The notes: a model not told the origin generated them from the letters alone. DNA of 60,000 bases from Lama guanicoe (GCA_013239625.1 MU054391.1:932001-992000), one strand, 5' to 3'; positions 12,584 to 26,299 are shown, counted from the stretch's first letter. Program-made: numbers and translations.

Positions 12584-13849
12584 CAGCTGGTGCTCGTTAT
12601 TTGTGACTCCACGTCTGTGAATTCGCTGACTTGCTCGAGCATTGGAGAATATGGCGACTGTGGCTGAGCCCTGCCTCTCTTCTTCCAAAACCTGGTTAGG
12701 CAGGTTTTCAAGATGGGGGTATGCACCCTTTCCCCCAGGGGACCTCAGCCGTGCTGTTTCATGGAAGGCCCAGCTTGTTCTGCCCTGTGCACCCACTCAT
12801 CCACGGCGCGCAGCCTCCTGCAGTCCCCTGGGGCTGCCTCAGTGCAGCCGCCCCCGTCCTCCGCCCGGCTTGTGCAGCCTGGCCCTGCCCGCCGCTGCCG
12901 GCCCGCGTCTCAGGCTGGGTGTCGTGGGGACCCTCTGTGCCTGTTTAACTTAGTTCTGTCAGACAAGGACTGCTCAGTACAGATCCGCGCCTCGTGGGCT
13001 CCCCCTCCGTCCCGCTGGCTTCTCAGTTGGAGAGGGGAGACCCAGCGATTGAGCGCCAGTCCTCCTTTGCCGCTCCCTCCCCGTGGGACCTGTCCCGCAC
13101 TGTTTTGCCGTGTCTTCTTTTTTCCTTTTCTCCTACCAGATTCGTGGCGTCTTTGTCTTTTGAAGAGGGCGATGTTCTGTCGGAGTTCGGCAGGCGCTCT
13201 GGTTGGCTGGGCGGGTCCGTGGATGTAAGCCTTGGTGTACTTGTGGGGGAGGGCGAGCTGCGAGCGGCCTTCTACTCCGCTGCCTTGGCCGCTCTCCCTC
13301 GAGTTCACTTGTAACCTCCAGTTCAGCACTCTCTGTGCTTTCTCCGTCCCTCGTGGGCATGAACGGAACCACAAAAACTTTGAGTCACCTGAAGTTCACC
13401 GTCCCCGCTGAGGCTGACTCAGGCGACACGCTGCCTTCTCCTTCCGGCCCTCGTGCTGCAAATACGTGCCCTTTCTGCTGCCATAGCAGTGTCACGTTGT
13501 TTCACATCGTTATGCTTTTGATCGTGACTTCTCTGGGAAGTTGGCCCCAAGCCCGGGGCCGCAGTGCCGTCCGGAGTCCTGAGCGTGCGGGGCTGTGACG
13601 GGCGGGAAGCTTCCTTCAGGACCAAGCTCCGTGCTGCTGGTGTGAGCTCAGTGTTACTGAATCAGCACACACACTTTACACAGAAACACACACAGAAACC
13701 AAGGTTGTGGACTGACTGACTGATGAAACTGACCAGAGGCTCCCCGGAACCGAAGCCTGTCTCCCTCAGGAGCAGTGGCTCAGAATCCGAGCAAGCGTGC
13801 GCAACCACGCTGCACAAACGCAGCAGCTGTGGACAGCAAGCGGCAGCTG
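12584..13849 (+). mobile_element. MER82 (TcMar-Tigger) DNA transposon, split into 12584-12639 and 13298-13849 by an L1 5'UTR
   Basis: TA then cagctggtgctcgttatttgtgactcc (left TIR); aaaaactttgagtcacctga, cagaaacacacacagaaaccaaggtt and tgaccagaggctcccc match MER82; right end cagctg. Confidence 0.8.
12640..13297 (-). mobile_element. Isolated 5'UTR of a young (camelid-type) L1, no ORFs or poly(A)
   Basis: Reverse strand starts ggagagcggccaaggcagcggagtagaaggccgctcgcagctcgccctcccccacaagtacacc, the typical cetartiodactyl L1 5' start (usually caagATGGCGgagtagaagg); ctcgag at 12634-12639 and 13298-13303. Confidence 0.75.
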
Positions 13850-15026
13850 TGCCCCGCGGACTCACACGGAGGAGAATGCAGTGAGCCCTTCCCTGCTTCA
13901 AGCCCAGCTCACTCACGTGGAGGAGCGTTTGTGGCCCTTTGCTGCCCATCTTTCTGGTGGTCGAGGAGAAAGACGTCTTGGAATGTCCTAGGGTGGCCGC
14001 CTGAGCCCGGGCCAGGCTTGCGCTGGGTTGGTCCTGTGCAGTACAGCTGACAGTTCAGCACGGCGTCTTCTCCTCTGCTCCGAGCACACATCCATCCAAT
14101 GTGCCAGCGCCGCTCCTCTCCCAGCCCGGACAGAACGCGGCCCGTCTGCTTTGCGCAGCAGGGAGCCTCGGGCGGCACCGTCAGCCCCACCAAGAGCAGC
14201 TGCCAGTGGTGGCAGGCTCTGCCATGAGGCGGTTCTGGGCCCTGCTTCTCCCAGGAACTGGTAAAGGCCACGGGCTTCCTCATGGAGAACACGTGCGTGC
14301 ACAGACCCACACAGCTTCACATCCATTTTTCGAAGGACCGTACACTTTCTGAAGCATGTCCATTTTCCCTGAAAATACCTGAATCCTAGACCAGGAGCCG
14401 TGGTGACCGGGATTCGAGTGGGGGCACCCGGCCCCCACGCGGAGGATGTCGCGCTCTGGCCCTGCCTGCCCCAGACGCCCCTACCATCTGCCCCCTCGAG
14501 CTTCCCGCTGTCCACTCCGACTGCGCCCCACTGCCCCAGTGGACTGGACAGTTTCACCATCCGCGTGCACTGCTGTGAGGCCAGGGCCCCCTCTGCAGGA
14601 GAGGCACAGACGCGTCGCCAGTCTACGCAGGCCTCTCCCCATCCGTCTCGCTGTTGACACGCCATCCTCCCCGGGAGGAAGGGTGCGTGGCTCAGGGCAG
14701 GCACCCTGCGGCCGCCGACCGGGGTCTGAGCGAGCCCCAGCCCTGCACTTGCCGTCGGTGTGGGCTCAGCTGCATCTCTTAAGGAGCCAAGGTTTCTGGT
14801 GAGACGTCATGGTGGTGCTTGTCCTCAGCCCTGGGGTGAGGACCACACAGGACCACGTGCTCAGACAAGGCCGGTCACGGTCCAGGCGTCACCGTCCAGG
14901 CCAGCCCCGGGGCAGCTGGCGCTCCGTCATATGGTCCATCTGCAGCAGCCTTCCCGACCTCACTCACTGCTCAGGTATCTTTTCAGCAAAAAACTTTACA
15001 AAAGGGAATGACCTTTACACTGTATA

Positions 15027-15041
15027 TGTGTGTGTGTGTGA

Positions 15042-15076
<35 letters not shown>
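15027..15076. repeat. Compound microsatellite (TG)n(TA)n
   Basis: Direct read; one interruption in the TG run. Confidence 0.95.
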
Positions 15077-15079
<3 letters not shown>

Positions 15080-17050
15080 ATGTACTGACATATAATAATT
15101 GTGGAATACACACAACAATAAAAATGAAAAATAAATTTAAAGTGCTTATTATATTTAAAGTGAGAGAAATTATCTTTAAATATGACTTATTTTTTAAATT
15201 TATATTGATACCTGCTTTTCAAACCTGTCACAATTGAAAAGCTACATCACAAAGAAGAATTCACGTAAAATGAGAGAAGACCAGCTCTCTCCAGAGGCTT
15301 GTTTTTCAGTGATTTCTACAGGATGCTGAGGTTCCTACTGAAACTGGGCTACTAAGTCTCCATTGGTCCCAAATGCCTTGAGTTGCTCCTGCAAACCAAT
15401 CAGAAGGTCTGAAATATATATATTTAAATGATTGGATTCAAAACTCACTGAAATCATTTATTTTGTCAGTTTTTAGAAAATCGCTTAAGCATTTTTGTTT
15501 GCAAAGTGGGTAAATCTCAGTTTTTAATTCGTTTCATGCATCACTTCCAGCAAAAATTTACAAATCACACGACAAGGACAACGGTCCTAAGCTTCCGTTT
15601 TCAAATGCCCCCTTCACAGGACAGGCTTCCTTCTAAGGGAGTCTCACTAACTGTTAGAATGTCATCTTCACTTTCAAGCACAATCAGACGCACTGATTTC
15701 CCCCAAACATCTGCGGATTCTGTGCTTATTTAGCCACTGTCCTGGTACCGTAAACTTCAAATCTGGAGCATGTGTCCTTGTACAAAAGAACAACTTCGCT
15801 CACCTTTTTTAAGGCTGACAACCTTAAGAACCTGACTATAAAACCAAGCAGACATCTTTGGGGTACAAGGGACTTTCGTGTCAGTGTCCCATTCCATCAC
15901 AAAACACTGCAGTACAGGGCACAGGTCCGCTCACTGAGACCCTCCGAAAGTGCACCACGGAGCACATGCCGGTGGCCGGTGGAAGTGTGAGGCTCCCGGC
16001 TCCAAGGCCGCGATCCGCGCTGCTCGCCGAGTCTGCGGAGCACTGCGCACGGTGCGCTGACCTCTGGTGGCGTCGTGACGTGTCCGGTCTGGGAAAGGTG
16101 CGGGGCTGTGCCCATCTAGGGGAACTTACTGCAGTCATTCCTCTTAATACAGCCAAGTTCAGACATCTCTCCTACATCCCAATAGCTCGTGAATCCTGAG
16201 ACACGGGCATTTCTCTGAACCCCAGTCCTAGGTTCCCACGCTAGGGTTCAGACTCCCTCAAGATGGCTTAACCTATCACCTAGGATCAGTTTATAATTCA
16301 GGAGGATTAGCTAGTGCCCAGCTGAGACCCACTGTTTCTTAAGTTATGAATAAAAATCATGATTAATAATTAAAGTAGCAAATTATATACGTAAAAATAA
16401 CATATTTTGTTTACATAATTATGTGTCTGTATATGAAACAGTACACATGCATATATTTTGATTTTAATTTCCAAAATTGCTCTGTTGCTTAGCAAAGATA
16501 ACCATTCAGTTGCATGGATGGAATTAGCATTAATTAGTAATATCATTGTTGGGTAAGTCAGATATGCATCTTTTCCCTCCTCACTTTCTAACTTCCCCAT
16601 CATCTATAATTAGTCTTAACAGTTAACATTCCTCTAGTATCATGTACTGTATTCTCTGGTTGTAGTCACTGTCATACACAGGTCAACAAACTTTTTTTTC
16701 AGGTCAACAAAGTTTAAAACACAAAGAATTTGAAATTTTCCACCAAAGGGCCAATGTCCCTTTCTTCTTCCAAAGCTCGAGTTCCACACCCTCCATCCTA
16801 GACCTTGAGGACGTTATCTGCACTCTCTGGGGGCCCTGGCTGGACTGCCCGGGGAAGCAGAGGTCCCCGGGCAGGTGTCCACTGTCTCCCTGCTCCAAGA
16901 GTCACAGTCGGCTGATCATCCCATTTTCGTGAAGGAATAAAGGGAAACACATATGGCAAAGGGGAGTGGGGAACAGCAGGAGAGTGGGCTTTGTACTCTC
17001 ATCAGCTGGAGACTTTGGGATGGAAGAACTGAAACAGATGAATTAAAGTG

Positions 17051-20000
17051 GGGCTCCTGCTTCCAGTGGAGTAACAGTGACCCAACTGGCCTTCTCGCAC
17101 AACCAGGAACAACCAAGAACAAAGAAACAGACAAATCCCATGAGACAACGGTTCCAAGACACTAGACATCGGCAGTGAAGGAAGTGATCCCTGAGAGATG
17201 GGAGCAAGACACAGACTGACTGTCTGCTTTGAGAGAGCTTCCAGGATGGGGAGCAGGAGGAGGGACCCACGAAGATCCCAGCAGACCCCAGAGTTGAGGA
17301 GACAGGGCTGAGAGTCCAGGGCACCAGAAAGGTCAGAGCGGTCGGGACACTGGAGAGAGGAGAGCCCCACACAGAGCGAGCCCTGGAGGTCTGCCGAGGG
17401 TCGCCAGGAGTGCCCACTAGGGTGACAGTCAGCACAGCGGAAGCTCCCTAAGGCCGGGGAGGCACCCCTTGAAAACACCTGCAGGGCCGGAGGCAGCACC
17501 CACGTAGGGCAGGGATGACGCCGGCCCCATCAGCCCGGTGTCAGACTCGTAACTCACAGGCACTGGGTTGAGTACTCAGAAAAACGCCAACGCAACAGCA
17601 AGGAGACCAAAAGCTTCTAGACGCTGCCTGACAAACTTCAAAAGCTAGACTGCGGCGGATCAGTCGGCAACTTCACTGCTTCCAAGACCAAAGCTCCAAA
17701 ATACTTCTAGCAATGAAAATGTACCCAGCACTCAAAAAGGCAAAATTCACAACATCTGGGGTCCTGTTAAAAGTTACCAAGCATGGAAGGAAGTAGGACA
17801 ATGAACTCACAGTGACGAGAAGAATCAGGCAAGTCAAACTGCTGCCGAGCCAACACAGGCGTCAGAGCTACCAGACAGGGGTGAGAAACAGCAGTTACAG
17901 CTTAGCCCACACTCACAAGGGGGAAGTGGAGACAGGGGATTACAAAACCCCGAGTCCTCCTTCTCAAGTGCCAGCTACCATGTCAGAGATGAAGAATGCA
18001 CAGGATGGGACAGATGACAGGCTGGGTCTTGAAGAATGAAAGGTTAGTAGATTTGAAGACTTAGCAATGGAAACCATCCAAAATGAAACACACAGGGAAA
18101 AAAGAGTTTAAAAACATGAACACCTCTGGTGGCTTAATACACATGTAACTGAGTAACTAAGGGAAAGGAGAGAGACAGGGGGCCAAAAACTATGAAGCTG
18201 ATGACTTAACATTGTCCAGATGTGATGACAACTTCAAACCCACAGATCCAAAATGACTCAACAAAACCCAAGGATGAGAACCATGGAGAGAATACCAGCA
18301 GATACTAATCAGACTGCTCAAACCAGGGGTAAATGGGAAATGGTAAAAGCAGACAATGGGAAAAAACACATGCTATAAGTAAGAAAGATAAGGAAGACCA
18401 CATTTAGCATCAGAAAAACACATGCAAGAAGAAAAGAGATCACCATCGCCAAGTCCTTAAAGGAAAAATAAACCTGGAACCAACAGTTCGTTACCCAGGG
18501 AAAGTACCTTTCAAAAATAAAGACTTGTTCAGACATGTAAAAGCTGAAATAATATTTATCATCAGCAGACTGGACCTGCTGGAATATTAAAGAAATTATT
18601 CAAGCCATACCAACCATGGATCCTCACAAAGTGACAAAGAACGTCAGAAATGGCAGGTTTTCTACGTATATTTGTGTGTGTGTGTATATATACATAGTTT
18701 TCCCATTATGCAAAGCTCTTGAAAAATAAATGACAGTTTAGACAAAATAATAATGTAGTGTGCCATTTATAACACGGGCAAAACTAAACTTTATGGCGAT
18801 GGCACCAAGGTCACATGTGAAGGCGTGGGAGAATACACGCTAAGACTCCTGTGCTGTATGAAGGTGGGATGGTGTCATTTGATGGCAAATTGTAAACGGT
18901 AAAATAATGTATTTTATAAACCCAAAGCCACAACGAATACAACAGTTAAGAAGCCAAAAGGAAGTGAATGGAGTTACATACAAAAGCTCAGTCCAAGCAA
19001 GGCAAAAACTAGGACAAACAGAACAAAAGACAGACGGGATAAATGAAAACATACAGCAAGACGGTGGGCTTAGATCTGACCGCAGTAGTAACCACGTTAA
19101 GCCTAAACAGTCTAAAGAGCAAACTGAAAAGAAGCTGCTGAATTAGAGTCTATAAAAGACCCAACTATATTCTATCTATGGAAACACAATTTATGTATAA
19201 AGAAAAAACAGTTTAAAATAGAAGGATGAAAATGACACAGGTGTTAACACCAGTGAGAAGAAAGCAGGCAAAGCACCTCTCGTTACCAGGGCTGAAGAGG
19301 ACCACTTCGTCACAGCACGCGAGTAACGAGAAAACACTCTCAAACACGAACGCACCCAGGAACCGAGCTATGAACTGCGTGAAGCAGGGACTGGAAGAAC
19401 TCCACTGCTGCACAGACAAACCCACTGCCATTTCAACCTCGTTGCTCAGTGACTGGCGGAACAAGGAGACAGGAAATCAGTAAGGGCGTCGTTTTGAACA
19501 GCACCATCACCAACCAGACATGACTGACATTTACAGAACACTCCATCCAACAACAGAAGAGTAAATTTTCTTTCAAATGCACACTGACCACTGACAAGGT
19601 AAATCAAGCTCTGGGGCATAAAACAAGTCTCAAAAAATGTTAAAAAGATTCAGCTTATGTAAGCATATTCTCTGACCACAGTGGAATTAAAGAGAAGTCA
19701 GTAATAGAAAGTTTCTTTGTGAAATCTCCAAATATTTGGAGCTTAAATAACCAATGGGTCAAAGAAGAAATTAAAAAGCTGAAAACACTTTGAACTGAAT
19801 GAAAGTGAAAAAAACATCCCCCCACATCAGGGTGCGCATCGCCACCGGAGCAGTGCTTAGTGGGGACCAGGCACTCTAAGAGCTTATGCCAGAAGAGAGT
19901 ACAGGCGAAAAGACTTCAGCTTCCACGTTAAGCAACGAGAAAAAGAGGAGCAAACTAAATAAACGCAAAGTCAGTGGAAGAAAAGAAAGTATGAAGATGA

Positions 20001-22906
20001 GAGCAGAAATCAGTGAAATACAGAAGAAGAAATAAATGGAGAATAATCAATGAAATCAAAAGCTTGTCCTTAGAGAGATCAATAAAATGGATGAATCTCC
20101 AATCAGGCTTGTCGTGGGGGGGAGGGGGTGGGAAGGGGAGAGACGGAGAGAGGGACTGGGGGTGGGGAGACAATTAAATGGATAAAGGGAGGGAAGATCA
20201 ATACCGAGTACACATACAGTGAAGTATAATAAAGGAGCATGCGGACAACCTTGGCCAATAAATTCAGCAACTTAGATGGAATGGAAGCATCTCCTTGAAA
20301 GACACGCACTGCCAAGCTCATTCAACGAGGTGGATGTCTCGGACAGCCTGTGTCTAGAAGGAAAGGTGCTAAGAGTCCGCCCACGAAGAAAGCTCAGGTC
20401 CAGACGGCTTCACTGGTGACTTGTACCCAACATTTAAGAAAGAAATAGTACCAATTATTTACAAATTTTCCCAGGAATTTTAAGAGAAGGGAATACCTCC
20501 CAACTCATTCTATGATTCAGCATTTCTCACATAAAAAAAAAACAGATAAAATATTACAAGTTAAGAGAAACACAGAGCATCACAAATAGATGCAAAAATT
20601 CTAAAAAAAAAAAATTACAAAGGAAATCCATGTGAATAAGGTACCGTATGCCATGACCAAGAGGAATTTGATTAAAATTAGTTCAACATTTAAAAGGCAA
20701 CCAAAGTAGTTCACCACACATGAACCAAGAAAGAAAAAAAATGCATGTTATCATCTCAACAAATGCAGAAAAATCATGTGGAAACATCCAACATGCATTT
20801 CTGATTTAAACACTCAGCAAATCAGGAATAAAATGGGACTTCTTCAACTCGATAAAGTGCATCTACATAAAATCCGTAGCTTAATTTATCCCTAAGATTA
20901 TGAACAAGACAGGATGGCTTCTGTTACCACTTCTAATCAACATTATACTAGACATTGAGCTGAACTGACAAAGAAAAAGGAAAACTGTATGTGTAGATGC
21001 CATTGTGGTACATGTAGAAATATGATGGAATCCACAAAAAAGATACTGGGACAAATAAGTAAATTATCCTTCAGGATATAATTTCAACATTCAAAGTCCA
21101 TTTTAATTCTCTACACTAGCAATAAACATTCAGAAACTGAAATTAAAGATAAAACTATCACAGCATCAAAAATATTGACTGCATAAGTAGAAAATAGACA
21201 GTTTTCTGCAGGATCCATACACTGAAAAATTTTTTAAACCTCTTCTAGAGCAATTAAAAAGGACCTGGACACGGAGACACATACCATGCTGTGGTTCAGA
21301 AGATCCAGTATTTTAACACGGCAGGTCTTCCCAGTTGTTCCAGTTACGGTTTCAGGGCAGCCTCAGTCAAAAGCCTCCCCACCATTTGCTAAAGAAACTG
21401 GCAAGCCAACTCTCAAGTTCACGTGGGAAAGGAAAGGACCAGGTTGGCCAAAGCAAATTTGCAGAAGAACAGAGTCAAATAACTAACACGCCTGATTTCA
21501 GTATTTGCTATACAGCTACAGAAATCAACGCAGCACCGTACTGACATAAAGACACCCGTGCTGACCAGCAGAACAGAACTCAGAGGGCATAAACAGACCC
21601 ACGCATACATGGCAACTGATTTTTGACTCAGGTGAAAAGGCAGTTAGTGGAGAAAGGATACTCTTTTCAACAAACAGGGCTGGAACGATTGGAAATCCAT
21701 AATAAAAGTAAAATAAGTAAACTTTGATCCATATCTCCCACCATATTGAAATTAAAACAGATTACAAACCAATAGCAAAACATGAAACACCAAAAATTCT
21801 AGAAGAAAACACCAAAGATCTTAATGACTAGTCAGCAGATATTTTTTAGATACAACATAAAACACACAATTTATTAAAAATACATTATCAATTTGAACTT
21901 CACTAAAATTAAAAAGGTTTGGTTTTTCAAAAGGCACACTTGTAAGATTGAAAAGATAAACCACAATCTGCAAGGAAGTATTCAAGAGAAAACAAAAGAT
22001 GTGTATCTAGAACACACAAGTGGCTCTTAACTCAGTAATAACTAGCACATACCCCAGCTATTTTCAAAAAAATGGGCAAATGATTTGAGCCAAGTCTTCC
22101 CCAAAGAAGGCACGTACAGCAAATAAGAACATGAAAAGATCTTCAACATCACTAGACGTTAGGGAAATGTAAATTAGAACCCTGATGTGATGCCCTACAC
22201 GCGAGTTAGAAGGCTAATAATAAAAAGGCTGACCATGCAAAGTCTTGGAGAAGATGTGGAGGAATCAGAGTGCGCTTACACTGCTGATGGGAATGTGGAA
22301 TGATACACTTTGGAAAACAGCGTTCAGATTGTTAACTTACACCGACGGCACAACCCAGTCGTCCCCTGCCAGGTATTTACCCAAGAGGAGTGACAGCTTT
22401 CTCCACACAAAGATTTTACATCATGTTTTATGGCAGCTTAATTTGAAAATGTCAAAAATTGGAAATGACCCAAATACTCATTAAAAGGTGATTTGATAAA
22501 AAGATTGTGTAACATCCATGCCATGGAATACTACGTGGCAGTAAAAGTCAGTGCACTATTGGTACACTGTTGAAATGCACAACAACACGGATGAATCTCA
22601 AAACTCCACTGTTCAGGGAAGAACTTACAAGAAAGCACTTGCTGTATGATACAATGTACACAAAACCCTAGGAAATGCAAGCTCATCTCTGGTGACAGAA
22701 AGCAGTTCAGGGGATCCCTGGGGATGGGGACAGGAGGACACTGAGAGGGCTCTGGAGAAGTTGAGGAAACTGGGGTGGTGCTGCAGTCACCATCCTGACC
22801 GTGGTGCTGGACAGGGGTGCACATATGACACAAGTTTTAAAATCACATACTTTAAACGTAGGGAGTTTATGTTACATCAATTGCAACTTAATTGATCTGT
22901 TAAAAC
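17051..22906 (+). mobile_element. Near full-length ancient L1 (L1ME1-like 3' end), inactive
   Basis: 5' end gagacaacggttccaagacactagacatcggcagtgaagg; ORF1 about 17.8-18.6 kb; ORF2 remnants (track ORF 21286-21486 KPTLKFTWERKGP resembles L1 KLILKFIWKxKGP); 3'UTR ggaaatgcaagctcatctctggtgacagaaagcagttcag...atcaattgcaacttaattgatctgttaaaa. Confidence 0.85.
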
Positions 22907-25900
22907 AACAAGAAGAGTTGTTCAAGCAGAGGAAAAAGCCAGTGCACTCGACTTTATCTGCAGAGTCTGTCCCTCCTGTCCTTCCGAGGACCTGAGACAT
23001 GTGGTGCGGGGCTCGGCATGAGCACAGAGTGATGGGGTCCCCGCGTCTCTAATGTTCATCGTCTGTAAGAGCTCAGGTGAATCTGGAGATCAAGAGGCAG
23101 GGTCTTTCATTCCACCATGTGAAACAAAGAGCATACAAACTTGACTACCTGAGAGACAACATCTGCACGAGTGGATACATTTGGTAAAGGGGAAGTGACA
23201 TCTCCTGTCTTAATGGAAAGAGGGGAGTCTGAGTGAGGAGGATGCTGTCTCACTGGGAAGAGTGGCTGGTAAATGCAGAGGTTGAGGGCAGTGGAAACCG
23301 TCTTACGGTTTGGCTTGGTGAGCCACGGTGCTTGGTGTCTTCTCATTCCCAGGGTACTAGAGAAAACTCTGGGCAGAAGTTCTTTATGTAGTCAGCAGCT
23401 AATCCCATACGCAGTTTAGCACAGGACCTGGGTACAGCACTAGGAGAAAGACTTAGAATTGCAAAGTGGGATTTCTCCATAATTTGTGCAAAAGACACTT
23501 TGCCTCCAGCCGTCACTCCCTTGCAGAATGTGATCTGATTGTCCCACTCAAGGCCAGCCCCGACATGAAGGGACACAGGGCAGGGGACAGTGCCTGTCAG
23601 TGGGCCAGTGGTGAGAGGGGGGCACAGAAAAGAGAAAATGGAAGTGCAGGTTATCTCCAGTACCAAGGACAGCGCCAGTCGGCCATGATGACCTCAACAA
23701 GGACAGTGTTGAGAGGGAGGAGAGGAAGGAATTTGAAGAAGAGAACAGACATGATAAAAAGAGAGTGACTGGATAGACACCTGTTAGCAGAGCCAGCCAT
23801 GGAAGTGTGTGCCTTAGAAGACGTGTTTTTGGTAAACACCTCCCACCCTCACTTTTCTTCTGCTAAACTGTGCTTCTTTCCAGAGATGTTCATTAAAGCT
23901 CTGAGGGTTTTTTCTTTTTCAAGCAACAGTAGAGACACGTCAGACGTTTCCTGAAGGACTGGGGACTAAGTCATAATCCCCCAAGGAGGACAGACTGTCA
24001 CAGGTTGGGTGTGTGAATCTCTTAGACTTCTTTGATGGTGAATTATCAGTGTGAGCCTGCTGACTTTTTCTAGCTTAATAAATTTAGGTTCAGTTGACTA
24101 GTTTATGACATATTCATCCCCACTCAGAATTTTAAGAATGTCCGGATTAATATCAACATCTTTAGAGTGATTCTGATGTTATTTGTATATGTTTATGTAA
24201 AAGATGTCTCTGTCAAAAATTCAAATGTCTTGCATATACACAGCATTTACCTGAGTGGTTAGAACATTTATCACTTAAAGTTTATAGTTAATAAAATGTA
24301 TAAACATTATTTACATCCAAATAACTAAGAAAATGTTTCTATTCAATGAATAAATACATATTTATATATTTGTTAAAATGCAAAACAAAAAATTTAGGTT
24401 CAATATTGTCATAAGGACTGGCACCAGAAATCTGATTTGGGTGGAGAGAGAGACTGTTAAGGGCTTACGACAGGTGCAGGATGTGTCTGAGGTCCCTGTT
24501 TAGGGACCAGCCTGTCCCATAGCCACCGTGTCCATCCACAGCCACTGAGAAAAAAGTCATAGGAAAGGGCACAAAATACTACTACTGAATAACATGAGAG
24601 CGAGAGAGAATGCAAGGACCAGATTCCCCCAACAGAGGCAGACACCGGGCTCCTTGTCTGCAGTACCGGAGCTCTGTCTCTGTAAGTGCAGCCTATGGCC
24701 TGTCCTCCTCTGTTAGCCGAGCTGCAATGAGACTGTGTCTGATCAAAACAGACACACCTTGAAACAGGAACAGCTTAGAGAGATTTGCGTCAAAGAAGAG
24801 AGTTTAGAGAAAAAAGCTTCGAACTTCCAAAAGAGTGCCGATTTAAAGACACACTTCCTGGGTGAAAGCATTAGAATCCTTTTGTAGAATACACAGTGGT
24901 TCTTGTGGATGCTGCCTTACAAGCCAGGGCTGCAGCAGGAAGCACCGAGGAGCACACACACAGCCCCTCCCCCGCAGAGAAGTAAGCGAGGCAGAAACCC
25001 TGGGGCTTCCAACCTTGTCTGTAGTCAACCAACCGACACTACGCGCTGTCTTGTTAATTGCACGTGCTTGTTCCAGCGTTCACGGATAGACGCACGTTTC
25101 CTTCCTGCTGTGCTTTAGGGGCTATTGCACCTCGGAGCCATGAAATACACGTGCATGCATGTATGTATAGAACATGTACTTTTATATTTTTATATAATAT
25201 TTAAAGTTATACATCTGTTTTAATAGAATATTTTGTATTCAATATATAGGACACACAGGATCATAATACACTTTGGAGCCTCCAAGCTCAATGAGGAAGA
25301 GCTCAGTGTCTTTCTAGAAATACGTTTCTGTCTCCTACATTTTTCTCAAGTTGTGGGTTCATGAACATCTGTAGGGTTGAGTGTTTTTAAACAGATGTTT
25401 GTAAGGAAAGAGTAGAGAGCTGATCCCTTCTTGGTTCATGAAGACGTTTGGGGGGGGTGTGAGGTGAGTCTTGCCCAGACGTACACACCCAGCTTTCATT
25501 GCTGTTCTCCTGCCCTGAGAGGAGGGATCTTAAATTCCACAATACCTGCTGATACTTCAAAGTGTAACTTTCAGTTGGTCATGACGAGGTCCTAATCTGA
25601 TGTAATGGCAAGAGAATGTAAAACTTCAGTTTTTTTCCCACAAAATAATTCCTACAATTGACACTTCAAAAACGGTACTGGAAATTATTATAAAACAGAC
25701 TTGAAAGAAAAAGTACCGTAATGAGAGATAGAATCTAGAAGACGTAGCTCTCGCTGCATACAAAGAGTGGGCGTCCTCTCTGTCCTCTGTCAGCCCGCGA
25801 GGGGGCGTTCCCTGCGCCCCCCATGCCCGCAGTGCGCGTGGTGGATGTGGCCTTCCCTTCCCTCCCCTTCCCTCCCAGTGAGGCAGCTGCGGGTGAGAGA

Positions 25901-25999
25901 TGGCCTTGGGCGTCCTGCCTCCACCTGTGTCACCTCTGAAAGCCAGACCTGAGTCAGCCCCTTTCTGGATCAAGACAAGCGAAAGCGATAATGAATGAA

Positions 26000-26197
26000 A
26001 GTATTAGAATAGAGGCATATTATTGTATATTAAACAGATAAACACAAGGCCCTACTGCAGAGCACAGGGAACTACATTCAGTATCTTGTATAACCTATGA
26101 GGGAAAAGAATCTGAAAAAGAACATGTATGTATATAACTAAATCACTTTGCTGTACACCCAAAACATTGCAAATTAGCTACACGTCAGTAATGAAAG
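26000..26197 (+). mobile_element. L1 3'UTR fragment (artiodactyl L1_Art-like)
   Basis: cagataaacacaaggccctactgcagagcacagggaactacattcagtatcttgtataacctatga...aatcactttgctgtacacc. Confidence 0.8.
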
Positions 26198-26299
26198 TAA
26201 GACTGGGAGCGCGGAGCAAGCCCAGCACCAGCCCCTCCACGCCCTGCAGACTAACGGCCCCCTGCAGGCCGTTTGCAGGTGGCCTCTCTGTTAAAGGAC

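Noticed and set aside
15330..15408. Possible minus-strand terminal exon LLIGLQEQLKAFGTNGDLVAQFQ*
   Set aside because: The acceptor lacks a pyrimidine tract and I saw no downstream poly(A) signal.
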